Of a stretch of DNA of 64,000 nucleotides, positions 48,181 through 63,789 are shown piece after piece. Source of the stretch: the human T2T-CHM13v2.0 reference genome, Homo sapiens; NCBI RefSeq assembly GCF_009914755.1, contig NC_060926.1; one strand, written 5' to 3'. How positions within the stretch are numbered: position 1 is the first letter of the stretch; each line of letters opens with the position of its first letter. The position numbers were made by a program, and so were the translations under genes. The notes beneath the pieces are model-generated. The model was not told where the DNA came from. It saw only the letters and a list, made by a program, of their open reading frames with translations, and did not search any database.

Positions 48181-51100
48181 TAAATTACATTGTACAAAAG
48201 CACTTAGAATTACTAAATGTCAGCTTATATTGTTGAGGGGAAAAAGTAGGCCTTTCGAAAATATTTTTGTGTTATATGTTTATAAATATTTATATCAACC
48301 AGAACATGCATCACATTTTTATATAGTTGTTTCCAGTTTCAGATGCAAATATGTGTTATATTTGTGTATTGATATTTTATAATTACAAGGTATTAATATA
48401 ATTGTGTAACTAAAAAGCCTATTAAATTATGACATACAAAATCATAGTGGTCTAATATTTCTGTACATATTCATTATTACTTATAACAAAAATAACCACT
48501 TATATACAAAATGTTAACATTGGCACTGTCTTAAAAAAACTTTGAAATTGTTTTAAAATATTTGATAATCTCTTTGCAGTAAAATAAAAATTAAAGAACA
48601 GGGATAAAGTATGACTTCATATAGTACGGACTTGCTTTTTATACTTTGTCATTATATATATAAGCATATTATTATGCAGTACTTGTTGCTAATAGTAGCA
48701 CGTATACTATGTTGTAAAAATACTGCCATGGAGGTATTATCCAGAACTGTGCCTAATTTTATCATCTAAATAATCTAAAATGAAATTTCAAATTAGTCAA
48801 TAATAACACATCTAGTGAGATATCAAAAATGCAAATATAATATTATTCTGAGTATACAAATAGGTAAATGAATCAAGTAAAATAAATCTTTTGTTACTTG
48901 TATCTAAATTATTTCAAAGAGTCATACACCGTACTCATGAAGACAAGAAGAATCACTTCCCATGTAGTTTTAAACATACCATATGCTTAATATAAATATG
49001 GGTAAAAACTGAACATGAGACATGTCCTATAGGCATACCTAGTTAACTGCATATGCTCCATCAAGGCAAGTGAAACCTCCCCTACTGTCATATTGATTTC
49101 AGGTATTAAATGTTGTTAAAGACTCCAGCAGTCTTGACTGATCTAAAATTGGACCACTTTTAGATTTGAATTTGTGCCACAGTTTTCTTTGTAGTGTGAT
49201 ACCCTATTATTAACATGAAGTTTCCATAAACACAATCTTGTGTCATCTGATTACTGAAGGCACCACTATCTACAAGGTCACACTCTAGTGGAAATGAGTG
49301 TAATTATGGAGATGTGTAATATGATAATTTATCTTTTGGTCAAAGAGGACAAATGTAGAACAGCTGGATTTTCTGTTTTAAAATTCCCATCAGTCAATTA
49401 TAGTACATTGATCTGAAAACAGATGGCACTGCAGTCAAGCAAATTTATCCAGCATTGAGCATTAACATGCAGGAATTTTATCAATAAAAGGTGTTCACTT
49501 CATAAAATATATTCTTTATGACATTTACCATTGACATATTACATAATTAAATGGCTTTTTATCTCTTAATAAAATTAACCTGATTTTCTATTATTGACTG
49601 ATATGGCATTTTATTCTTAACTAATTCTCTATACTTAGTGGCTACTTTCCCTGGAGAGAAGCAATAGCCAAGTCCTCAGTGGCCTTTTTTTGACCAGATG
49701 GAAATTAAGTGGTAAGGTTTTTTAAAAATGAATACTGAAACATCCGTTCTCAATAATTCAGCTTGTTAGCAGGTAAAGTTCCCCTATCTATTAGATATCT
49801 CCCATAGTTAAGTACAGACTTCCAGGATTACGTTTTGTAGAAATAAAAAGAAAAAATTGGTAGCCCTCTTATGGAAAATATATAGATTTATTTTACAGAA
49901 TGTTCACACCACACTATAGATGTTCATTTAATTGCATCTGTTTATATTAAAATAAAATAAATCATTTGAATTCCAACCAAATGTGAATGCCAAAATTTAG
50001 CATATTTTATTAATTGCAAGCAAATTAATTCTAAAATTGATATGCATCTCTACCACAGCAGAGCCTAAGAAAGCAGGTATACTGATTCTACTACTTAACA
50101 ACTAAGTTCAATGTAAGAAAATACTCACTTATTGAGATACATATCATTAAGAAAGGAATATTGGCAAAACGCAACTCTTATAAGAAATATAACTCTCAAT
50201 ATTTCAGTGGCATAGGTACAAATAAATCAGAAAAACAAAACAAAAACATTTTAAAGAATACTGAAGGATTTCTAGTTCTAGCAAGATGGATTATTCCTTC
50301 CAGGGTCTCCCATGCACAGCTAAAACACCCTTGCCATAATCAACAAACAAGTATAGGAAGACCATGATAGGCTGTAGGAAGAAGAAAGTTAACCTGGGGG
50401 CCTCTGAACTTGATCAATGATACAATAGTGAGATCCTTATTGCTTCCCATGTATCCCATTAGTACATTTCAGAGCACCTACAACATACTAATAATACTTC
50501 TAGATGGTTACAGAGAAGAATATTTTCCTAAACATAGGGTAGACAAAGACTGCTTTCCAAATAGATCACAAAGTAAGTTATTTTTAAAAAACAAATAAAA
50601 TTTTAAGTAATCAAGAACTAGCATGGAGAATGAAGGGACCACCTATAAACTTAGAAAAGACATTTACACATCATTCAAGGAATAAATAACTTATATTCTG
50701 AAAAAAAGTATATACAAATATTTTTTAAAAAATATGTACATACACTTTTTTAAAAAATGTATAAAAATGGAGTGAAACTTTGAATAGGTATGTCACAAAA
50801 GAAAATATTCAAATAACTAATATATGAAAGGGTGTTCAATCTCATGATACAGAAACACAAATTAAAACTTAATGAAATACCATCACATAGCCACCAGAAT
50901 GATGGATGCAGAGCTGTCAAATTGAAAGTAGTTTTATTGGATTGAACTACATATCTAAATAATAATAAATTGGTTTTTACATGTGGAAATCACTTTTTAT
51001 CATTATTTATGCCCAAAAAATGGGGTTTAAATGAGTTGTGATAAAACAGACTTTACTACAGCTAAAAAGGAAAACTTTGTTTTGAATTTAACACTTGGTA

Positions 51101-51767
51101 GAAGTCTTTAAAAACATCAGCATTTTCTTTTCCTAAGGAAATTGCAACTGAATATCTGTAGCTTTCAATTAATAATATAATTTCAAATAATAGAAAATTG
51201 ATATTACAGATGAATTGTACTGAACTAAAAGTACCAATTGCCTAGTAGGTCTTACTGAACTTTTCTTTATGAAGGATGCCATATATAATTACATTTCACA
51301 GTCAAAGGAAAAACCGTTTTAAATGCTTGTATTAGCATGATAACTATACATTTTCAAATGGAATACAGTATTAAGCTTTGTAATAACATTTCTGTTTTTC
51401 CCACTCAGAATGGCATTGTCAAATTATAGTTAATGACCCATTTTGAATCCCTGAAATTATAGAGTGAATGATGTGGGTTAATGTGCTCCATTACCTTTTT
51501 AACATTTCTGAAGTAGTTTTTCTAAGTTTTTTAAAGAGAAAATATGTTTCAGTCACATGAAAACTTATGTTCAACTTTTCCACATATGAAGAGTTATTTT
51601 CTAACTTTATTTTTTATAATAGATTTAGAAGCACAAATAAAGCAACATCCATAAACACATCACTTGATTTCATTCAGTCAGGTGAATTACTTTTAAGAAA
51701 AAAAATCAAAATAACACATTTCAGAACCAGAATGTTTTATGACAGAAAGTAACATTGGTTTGAAATA

Positions 51768-52056
51768 GAGATTTTCCCCTCCATTATCCACTCTACTTAA
51801 CTGAGCATTATGATTATAATAAGACAATACTTTTTTTGTCATAGTGACTTTTATTTCCTATGAGTAGGTCTTTCTGTATCTTCTGAACATTGTCTGCAAC
51901 TTGACACAACGATGAAATCATGGGCACTAATTTATATTTAAAGGAAATGCCTTACAGGATAGAAGTTGACCATATTGTGATTAACTAATAGGAAGCTCCT
52001 CGTGGAAGTTTCTTCCTGGAAGTGCAACGGCAGCTTGAGCATATAAATTTTAAAAA
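51768..52056 (+). repeat. Left arm of a ~290-bp inverted duplication
   Basis: Aligns to the reverse complement of 54775-55064 with about 30 substitutions and 2 small gaps (manual alignment). Confidence 0.95.
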
Positions 52057-53362
52057 TTACAGCATGATGCCCTTATGTATGGTAGGAAGAAGGCATTGTT
52101 TAATAAACAATAAGTAGAATGGAATATTTTCATCATGCATTTTCAGCTGTAACAGCCACATAATCAGCATAATTATTTTAACCTCTAGGGTCATGGGGAA
52201 TATACCTATGGTATTCTTTTTTCTTTTGTTCAATAAATGCTTATTGTCTACAATTGCCAAGGACTGAGCTAGGCATTTATGTTTATGTGAAGTGATTAAA
52301 AAATAAAATATTTTTCAAAGTTTGTAGGTAGAGTTTTAAAATAATGATTTATTACAATTGTTTCCTTTTCTTCTGTGAATTTAAACTGTGAAATGTCTCT
52401 TATGTGAACTGAGTAGAAAACTTTTCTGAACTGCTTAAAGAGATTGAGTTATAGAATATTTTGTGGTTATTGTAAGACAGTGGATTTAAGAAATCTAAAT
52501 ATTTTCCTGCCATAAACATTTAGAAATCCTACATAATACCTAACAAATCTATTTTAAATTCAAATCTGCTTTGGCCTTAAAGAAAAGTAAGTTTCCACTT
52601 CCAGAAATAATGTGAAAACTGAAACCTACTCAGAAAAGCTGATAAGCTTATCCTGTCATGCCCCAGGTGTCAGGGGATAATAATACACATTAGAAGGGGA
52701 TTACATACCCCCAAGACCCATGAGATTAGTTCTTGTGCCCATCTAGGACAGAAGGTAGAAAATAAGATCACTGAATATAAGCCAGGAACCCCAAGTGTCT
52801 GTAAACCTTGAAAAGTAGGTAGACAGTAAGTGCACGGAAACTATAAGCTGCACTGTACCTGCATAGGCTGTAGGTGAGAACAAGCAAAAGTAGGCTTCTC
52901 AGAGAACTCTAAATTTCTGTTCAGCCTTTACTTCTTCAAGTTTGGCCTTGACATGCTTTGAACACATATAAGCCATGAAATTCACATGAAAATTGGTCAT
53001 TGGCTTTTGAGCTCCTAAGATGTATGATGAAACTAAACCACAATCTACTGTGGAGATACATTCCAACTCTCAACCCACACCATCACAGGTTTCTCCCAGA
53101 TAAAGTTTAATAGAAGGACTTCATAAGACAATACTACAAACATCTAAGATAACAAGGCCACATGAGCAAGAGACATCAGAAACAACTAAGAGCATAATTT
53201 TACTTTCAAGTATTATTATTCTTATATTAATCATTGACCAATCTGCTAGGAATAACAAAATGAATATTTAAGTACATACATATTACATAAAAACTTGTAA
53301 TCAATGAAAAATAAGCAAAGGTATCGTGAAAGTGAATAAGCATTGTTCTGAAACACCTTTTT

Positions 53363-55064
<1,702 letters not shown>

Positions 55065-55239
55065 AAACTGAAATAAAGAATTTAAGTAAAAAGACAAAAA
55101 TATTTTAAGGAAAGATTCAAAAATAAATACTGAATATAAATACATCTCAAATTACTTTCCAGAATAAAACCATGAGATGAAGTGATAGAAGACATAAAAA
55201 CACAGGTTAACAGAAATAGTGGCTAGAATGATACAATTC

Positions 55240-55689
55240 TGCTATAGGTTGAATATAGTTTGTTTCTCTCCATCAAATCTCATGTAGAAATTTGTCTTCC
55301 TTAGTGTTGAAAGTGGGTTCTAATGGAAGGTGTTTAGATCCTGAGGGGAGATCCTACATTAATAGAGTAAAGCCCTCCCTGGAATAGGGGAAAGGGACAG
55401 TGTGTTCTCACTCTATTAGTTCCCATGACAGCAGTTGTTAAAAAGAAAGTAGCATATCTTCTCTCTCTCTCTCTCTCTCTTGCTTCCTCTCTCACCATGT
55501 TATCTCTGTACACACTGAATCCCCTTTTCCTTCTGCCATAAATGGAAGGAGCCTGAGGCCCTCACCAGATGCAGATGAACAAACTTGAACTTCCCATCCA
55601 TTTGAAATTATTTGCCAAAGAAACCTTTTTTTAAATAAATTGCCCAGCCTCAGGTGTTCCTTTATAGCAATACAAAATGAAATAGGACA
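55240..55689 (+). mobile_element. MSTB-like MaLR solo LTR
   Basis: tgctataggttgaatat...gaggccctcaccagatgcagatg...cctcaggtgttcctttatagcaa; TSD aattc/aatcc. Confidence 0.85.
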
Positions 55690-55904
55690 AATCCAAATAT
55701 ATATATTTGATATGTCTTAGTTCAAAAAATATATAGTTATGTATATTAAATTTATTTAATAAAATATTTACAGTTATAGTAAAAAAAGAACAAAATTTTC
55801 AGAGATAATGACATAGAATTTACCAGAATTGAAGACTTTGCGATGTAAAAAAGCACAAAAACTACAAGTAGAATGAATGAATAAAAGTCAACATCTGAAC
55901 ATAC

Positions 55905-57886
55905 TGTTGCGGGACTTTTCCTTAGTTCAGCTAAAGACGGGGTCATTGTCAGAGGGACACGAAAGACTAGGCTTGCAGACAATGTGAAGGGCGAGTAAGG
56001 CAGGTTTTCATTGGGTGAAAAGGGAAAGAAAGGGAAACAGAGACCCTCCACAAAGCCAAGGTCCCTGCTGGTGAGCTTCCCACCTCACAGTTTGAATCCC
56101 AGGTACCACCTAGGAAGAGGAGGGTCCAGGATCCTCCCTGCTGCAAACGGTGCAAATTTCTGTGGCTCCACCCCAGTGCACATTCCTCCTAGTGCGCAGG
56201 CTGGTTGGAGTTTCTCTGGGGACCCCCTCCCACCTGGCTATCTCATCCCTGCTCTAAAGAAGTACATCTAACTGCCCTTAGAATAAGGATTAAGGGTTAA
56301 GTACAAAGACAAATCTTAACTGCCTCCTGCTGACAGGGGGCGCTGTTTTGAGGAAAATGGCAATCGGAGCTCCCTCAGAGGCCTTTCTAAGGGTTCCCAG
56401 CAGAAGAGGCTATCATCAGAGGCTCTGGTTGCATTACCATTTGGCGTTTGATGGCCTGAAGGCAAGAAATGACAAACCAGGTTATTAGAAAACATGTTAT
56501 CAAAATGAAACAAGGGAAGATGTAAGGACAGCTCAAAAATCCGGAGGCCTTTTGCACAGAGAGAGGAAGGCCAAAAGCCTGACTGGTAAAAAAAAAAAAA
56601 AAAAAAAAAACCTTTACCATTTTGCCAGCATGTTGGGCTTCTGGATTCCCTTCGCTGACCCTAACCTTAAGCCAACCAGTTTAAGGTTTGGGAAATTAAC
56701 TATTTCCAGTTTGGAGGAGGCATCTGAGGAGTGTCCTGTAGTACAGAGACACAATTACCTATCTGTGAAGAGAGAACAGAGGAGGAGAAAGGAAAAATGA
56801 GACTGGCCTCATACCTTTGTCTACACAGTCCCTGTACAGGGCTCCTGACCTGTGGTCAGTAAAGAATGTCACTTTTCAACAAGCTCCAAGTTTATCTTGG
56901 GACCTTAAGAGGAGAGAATCACCCAACTCATAGGTATTTGAGGATACAGACCCATGGCTGGGCTCGCCTTGTAGAACAGAGTTCCATCAAAGCCAATCCA
57001 AAAGGCCTATATAGAAATAGTTACTCTATTTCTTGCTGCACTTTATTCAAATAATCAACCCAAGTATAAGACTGAAGTTTATTTTGCAAACAACTTGGTC
57101 CTGTTATGATCTGTTATTTTAATAAAAATAAGGACTGGAGAGAGAGAAATTATGTTTCAAACTTTATCATAGATTTGTCATTAAATTCTATATGGATTAC
57201 TTGTTTTTAAGTTTTCGCCTACATTTTAGGCTAATCCTGCTTGTTCCTGTCAACCAACCAGCAGTCTCTGGCTGCAGCTCAGAAAGAACAAAAGGGATGG
57301 GTAATGTACAAATCTGGATCAATATTCTAGTTCTGAGCAATTATTCTGCAAATCCTCCCAGGTGATGGGAATGAGCAAGCCATAGAGACCGACGTCGACC
57401 TTCCTGACCCTCAGGAGTGATGGGGTGAAGGCATGGTTTCCCCTACCCTCAGAAGTCCAAGGATGAAAAGACTTAGAAGCAAGAGGGAAAAATATTGCTT
57501 GGTTTGTAGCTCAGTCACTGCTTCTCAACCCTATGTTGGGTACCAAGAATATTGCAGGACATTTTCTTAGTTCAGCTAAAGATGGGGTCCTTATCACAGG
57601 GCCACAAAAAATTAGGCTCACAGACAATTTGAAGGGTAAGGCAGGTTTTTATTGGGTGAAAGAGAAAAAAAAGGGAAATGGGGATCCTCCGCAAAGCCAG
57701 AGTGCCTGCTGGTGAGCTTCCTGCCTCGAAGTTTGAATCCCAGGTACCACCGAGGAAGAGGAGGGACCAGGCTCCTCCCCACTGCAAATGGCACAAACTT
57801 CCGTGGCATCACCCCAGTTTGCATTCTTCTCAGTGCACAAGCTAGTTGGAGTTTCCCTGGGGACCCCTTTCCACCTGGCTGTCTCA
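55905..57886 (-). mobile_element. Internally deleted ERV1 provirus with two MER61-like LTRs (55905-56245 and 57550-57886)
   Basis: Two ~340-bp direct repeats with tgaga...a(c/t)a ends; PBS-like tggtacccaacatagggt after the 5' LTR; purine-rich tract before the 3' LTR; env-tail-like translation. Confidence 0.88.
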
Positions 57887-58981
57887 ATGTCTTAGTGAAA
57901 TTTTAGAATACTAAAAATAAAGATCTTAAAAACAATCATAGGTATGAAATAAAAATTAGGTATGTAACAAAGTTTCCACGAGTAGCAATTGGAATCCAAC
58001 TGAATATCTTTAAAGCTCTAGGGAAAAAAAAAGGCAAAAATAAAATTTTTTTTCTATCAAAATGTGTTTATCACTGGTAACTTTCCAATTAAAAATTGTA
58101 CGTGTACTTTAAAAAGTGGAGAATTAAATATAGAGGGAGGAGACTAAAGAAATTCCTAGAGTGTGGAGTGTATAAAACAATAATAAATATAAAAACATAA
58201 AAATTAGCACAAAGAAAACATTGTATAGCAGCAACATGTAAAATGTTTATCAGTGTTCTGATATTGTAAAATGTTTATCAGTTCTAATATTGTTTGGGAT
58301 GAGACTATATCTCCTGATTATCTTTATAATTTTAAATTAAGTATATATAAGGACATTTTAAGAGCAAGCTCTAAAAGAAGAGAAAAAATGTATAGTTTCA
58401 GAGCACTAGAATTTAAAATGTCTAACCAATAGAAAACTAAAAATCAATAACATAGAAGCAAAGAAAAAGCATTCTGGACCATTTCTGATAGCAAGAATAT
58501 GGTATATGTATTCCTCAAATCCCTGAAAAGAGGGATGAAGGCAGAATCAATCAGCATTAACACAGAAAATCCCACCAGCAGCATCCTCATTAAAACTTGG
58601 TAATAAGACAGCTCAACTTATTATATATATTCAGGCAAATTCAGAGTACATCAAGACTAGCCTATAGATTGCCACAGCATCAAGATTAATATGGAACCAT
58701 AAAGTGTTAATGGCACAGGGTCTTGTGAATCACAGAACCCAAAAACCACCAACAAATATCCATAAAATTCATGCCACCACACTTTGTGCGAATCTGGACA
58801 AGCAAACCTGAGAACAACCAGTGAAATTATAAGAAGTCTTCTTAGGCTCTAAATTGTGGATGATTGCAAGAAGACCACCGCAGTAACCACTATGGGGCCT
58901 CAACACATACATACAGTTGTGAAGAACAGTTGTGAGAGACTTTAGGAGAACATTTTATTGTTATTTAAAAGCTGTAAAAAT

Positions 58982-59274
58982 GGCCGGGCAAGGTGGCTCA
59001 CGCCTGTAATCCCAGCACTTTGGGAGGCCGAGGTGGGTGGATCACGAGGTCAGGAGATTGAGACCATCCTGACTAACATGGTGAAACCCCGTCTCTACTA
59101 AAAATACAAAAAATTAGCCGGGCATGGTGGCGGCCACCTGTAGTCCCATCTATTCAGGAGGCTGAGGCAGGAGAATGGCGTGAACCCGGGAGGTGGAGCT
59201 TGCAGTGAGCCGAGTGAGCCACTGTGCACCAGCCTGGGTGACAGAGCAAGACTCCACCTCGAAAAAAAAAAAAA
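58982..59274 (+). mobile_element. Full-length Alu (AluY-like)
   Basis: Dimeric Alu; TSD aaaa(g)ctgtaaaaa. Confidence 0.95.
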
Positions 59275-59461
59275 CTGTAAAAACAAAAAAAATTAAGCAG
59301 GACAAACCCAACTAACTGTATGAAGCAAATAACTGTTGTCTATAGTCTATCTAAACTTCCAAGGTAGAAAAAGTTTTATTACCAATTTTATTTTCTATCT
59401 CATTGGAACATATTAATTTTTATATGTTTTTATCTTCTGTTTGAATACAGAGCAATTGCTC

Positions 59462-59540
59462 TTTCTCTCTCTATATATGTATATATATAATATATATACA
59501 TATATGTATATAAATATAATATATATACATATATGTATAT
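59462..59540. repeat. (CT)n followed by imperfect (TA)n microsatellite
   Basis: Directly visible. Confidence 0.9.
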
Positions 59541-59764
59541 AATTCCCTACTATACATTCGTTTACCAAAAAGCACACTATTCTTCAATTTTTTTTTTTTT
59601 GCCTTTGTCAAAGAGGAATTATAGTTCTGTATGATCCTACAATGAGAGTAAATTGTACCATTTGTCCATGGTTGCCAAGCAGATTCTATATTCTTGATGT
59701 GCTGGCATGTTTTGTTCATTTTAAGTGAAACTATTTCCTATTTTAGTTCTAAAATGTCCCCAGA

Positions 59765-60095
<331 letters not shown>

Positions 60096-63000
60096 TTAAG
60101 GAAAAAAAACCTGCTTTTTGTAAAAGCCACAATGATTACACATAATAGTACAAAATGATATTATATGAAGCACTAGTGGTGTTAAACATCCTTTGGCTTT
60201 TAAATTGTATTCACACAGGGCTAGCCAATCAAATAAGAACCCAGAACTCATTCTCCTTTCTCCTGGGCTCTACAAAAATAAGAATTTTAACCATCTCACA
60301 AGTAACAATGAAAGAAGAAAATCTGTTATCATTGTTTGGTCATTAAAATTTTCCTTCTTAATTAATAAGCAAAAGCAGGAGAAAAAATAACTCCTTAAGA
60401 AAAAGTAAAAAGTGTTGTATGGAAAAGTACTTCTAATGCCCATAAGACAGCAGAGAACAATTTAGATAATTAAAAAACAAGAAAAACTATTTATTTAGAT
60501 TAAAAATATAGTCTAAGTGTAGACAGGGTCAGTGTTTTTTATTTAAATATATAATGTGATAAAAGGGTCTTTGCCGAAGGATCTTTGTACACGAAAAGGC
60601 TCACTTTTGTAATTCCAGTCATCGGAATTATTTGAACTCTAACTGCTGCTAACCTGATCCTGGAATTTGAAGTGAATAAGGTTGTACCTTCTTTATAAAT
60701 TATGGTATCTGGATTTTGATCCATTATTTCTAATTAGACAAAGGTAAATAACGTTTTCCTCTTATTCCTTTGATGCCAGGATAATGTTATGTTCTATTCT
60801 CTTTAGTATTAAAGGCCTAAAAAATAACAATGTAAGTGAATAGTGCTTTTCTTGCCCCAAACTTTGCTTGTGTCTTCTTTCTGTGTTGGCCAAGCTACTT
60901 AGAATTTAAAAAGAACAAAGAAGCATGGGCGGCTTACAGTAATAGGATTAAAATATGTTAATTACAAGTAGGAATGAATGTCAAGAGAAATTATTTGCAG
61001 TGGTCTCATTTTTTGGGTTCATAGACTTCTTAACTTCCCTTAGGACTGCACACATTATATGAGTGATGTGCCCATATGTTTGTTTCTTATAAACTTATTT
61101 TTTGTTGAGGAGATTTATGCGTTCATATAGTTTTTATAACATTTATTATGGTTCCAGTTTTAGAGAATCTCTCAAAGGAAGCTATGCAATAAAATTGTCC
61201 ATTACAAATACTTCATTAAACCTTTTTTATTTTATAATTCATGATACTATTAAAAAGATATGTCAAAATATGTATTTAAAAATTATTGTTCTAAATATTA
61301 ATTTTTAATTATTAAATCTCATACCTTTTATTTTTGCATATATCTTTAATAGAGGTGTAATCAAAGTGCATGTATGATATGCTTCCTATTTTTTGCATAG
61401 ATTTAGACTTTTTCTAAAAATGTTTTAAATTGTTGCATAATTTGGTTATTTAATGAGTGCTTACTTGTTCATTGGTTCTTGTCCAAAAAAAGAGTATTTC
61501 TTTTGTGAGTCTGTATATTTATTTTCCTCCTATTCAGGTATCAGATAGCTGCATTTATTGTAATAATAAAAGGTGACATATGTAAGTATTAATAAAATGG
61601 GCACTTAGTCATTACCATAAATTCATGCTCATGCATGGACTTTCGATACGCTTGTGCTCAGATTTTTTTTTTTATTTTTGCCAAAAGTGGAAAATAAAAG
61701 TGTATATTGGGTACTCACTATATTTGACAAACTAACTTTTGAGGGAGAAAGAGAGAGAGATGACCAGGACCCATTCCAACAGAAGCTTATAGTCTAGTAA
61801 GGGTACAAAGAATACACAATTCATTTAATACAGTGTAAAAAATATACTGACTAGTATTTTTACTCATAGTTATCCTTGAAGAAAATTCAACAAATTATGT
61901 ATTTCTTGGACATAAATAGGGAGGGAAGATGGATTAGTATGGGATGAGGATGGAGAATCAAACCATAGAAGGACAAGCTCAGGATATGCTAGAATCTTAT
62001 CATTTATTCTGTAGGAGATGAAAAGTATGTAAGTTATGATAATAAGAGAAAGATTGCATTTGTTTATGTCACTCTCTTCACAAAATTTGCATTATTTTAC
62101 TGATATATAATATAGTAGAATCATAAAATATGTATACACTTTATAAAAATATAGAGTGTCAGAGAGCTTAATATATTTTTACCAGTAAGATGAAGACTGA
62201 ACATGAAGATATGCAATTAATTAAGTTTGGGGACTACATTGATTTAGAGGAAGAATTTGAGAAATAGAGATGAAAGAAGGCAGTTAGGAGGGTATTGCAA
62301 GAATCCGGAGATAATTACAGACTAAACTAAAAGAAAAACAAAAAACAATCTCCAGTTGAGTCATCCTGTAAGTCATCCTATGAGGCCTTGGACTCCAGGA
62401 TCTTTCCTGGATGGCCCCAGCTATGATATAACTTATGACATCTGGTGGTTGAGCATCATGTCAGGGCACCTCTGCATTCATGCGTTAAACATCGTTACAG
62501 CTCTCCATGACTTTAGGTTATTTAGACAATGCATTTTGTTTTCTGCTGTCTCCAAGTCTGTCAGTCCACACAGAGACACTATTTTTGCTGCTTTCCTGTG
62601 CCCTATGGGCCAGCAGAAATCTGGAGAACTGCATAGCCCTTTGTTCCTATCAAGTTCATAATGTTGCCACAAGGTTACAGACAGTAAGCAGGAACAAGTT
62701 CTCTCTTCTTATATGTAGATATCTATTTGAAGGTTTTTGTCACTTCCCAGGTTTTGGTCTGAGAGGAATGAGGGTGAAGTTATCTAAGGGGAGCTAGCTC
62801 TCTTTAGTACAAGGATGCAAGATGGGTAGAGAAGGAATTGTCAACTGGCAGAGAAAAAGAAAGAAAAGAGAAAGTAATAAAGAAAAAAATAAAGCATCTA
62901 GTGCTCATTTTCAGGGACTCACAATTTCTTAAGTTGGATTCCAATTTCAACTTTAGAAAAACCCGTGACATGTGTGACCTGTGGCCTGTGGCAGTTGTGT

Positions 63001-63789
63001 CATTGCAGCAACCATAATCGTACAACAAATTACCTTTTAGCCTTTCCATAAACCTTTATGGATAAATGAAAGTATTCACTCTAATTTGATACACAAAGAT
63101 AATGCTTAACTGTCCAGTAACCCAATGAAATCAGAGTCCATCACAAATTTCTCCATCATTGGAAGATTGAACTTGTCAAAAATGTTTCAATAGGTCACCG
63201 GGTCCATAATACATCCATAATAGAACCAGTTGTTTTATTTCTCAATTTTTCTTTACTGGTAGTAGTGTTTTGAGAATTTCAAGAAGTCATTTGGACTTTG
63301 ACCATAAGGCCAAAGATATCAAGAGTGTTGTTATTTTTTTTTTCTGAGTTGCAGATAGTGCATTGGCATTTATATGTTTTAAAATAGAGTTCATCTTGCT
63401 ATGCATATTTTCTATGAAGTAACAGCAGTAAATCAAAGTGCAGTAAAGAAGAGTAGATTTATTTGGTTAGTGGTAGTAAACCTATAGCTTTGAGAAAATA
63501 TTTTTAAAGTCTATCAGTTACTAATCATTTTCAAAATTGCTTCACACCATAATAATTTGACCAAGCTTGATTATTACTATAAGTTCTTTCTAAAAAATGA
63601 AGGAAAGTAGAATGGGAAAAACACATTTTTAAATTACATTTTTAAGGTATTCCCAATATTTATTATATCCTAAGACAGAAATACCATTAGAGGGGGGCTT
63701 TGGAACCGCAATAGTTTATAATTCCCAATCTCTTTTGAAATTTATGCAAAATCAACAATATGATAACTAAGGATTAGCTAGTAAGCTAT

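Noticed and set aside
50701-50765. Imperfect AT-rich palindrome (similar ones at ~5275-5310 and ~34280-34340)
   Set aside because: Expected by chance in low-complexity A/T and TA-repeat sequence.
57388-57400. CpG-dense palindrome cgacgtcg in the proviral leader
   Set aside because: Only 8 bp long, in an ERV leader that was ancestrally CpG-rich, with no further support.
62540-62690. Possible + strand exon ending at ACA|GTAAGC (~62684) and overlapping ~100-aa ORFs
   Set aside because: The acceptor is ambiguous, the peptides are unrecognisable, and the region may be a decayed LTR.
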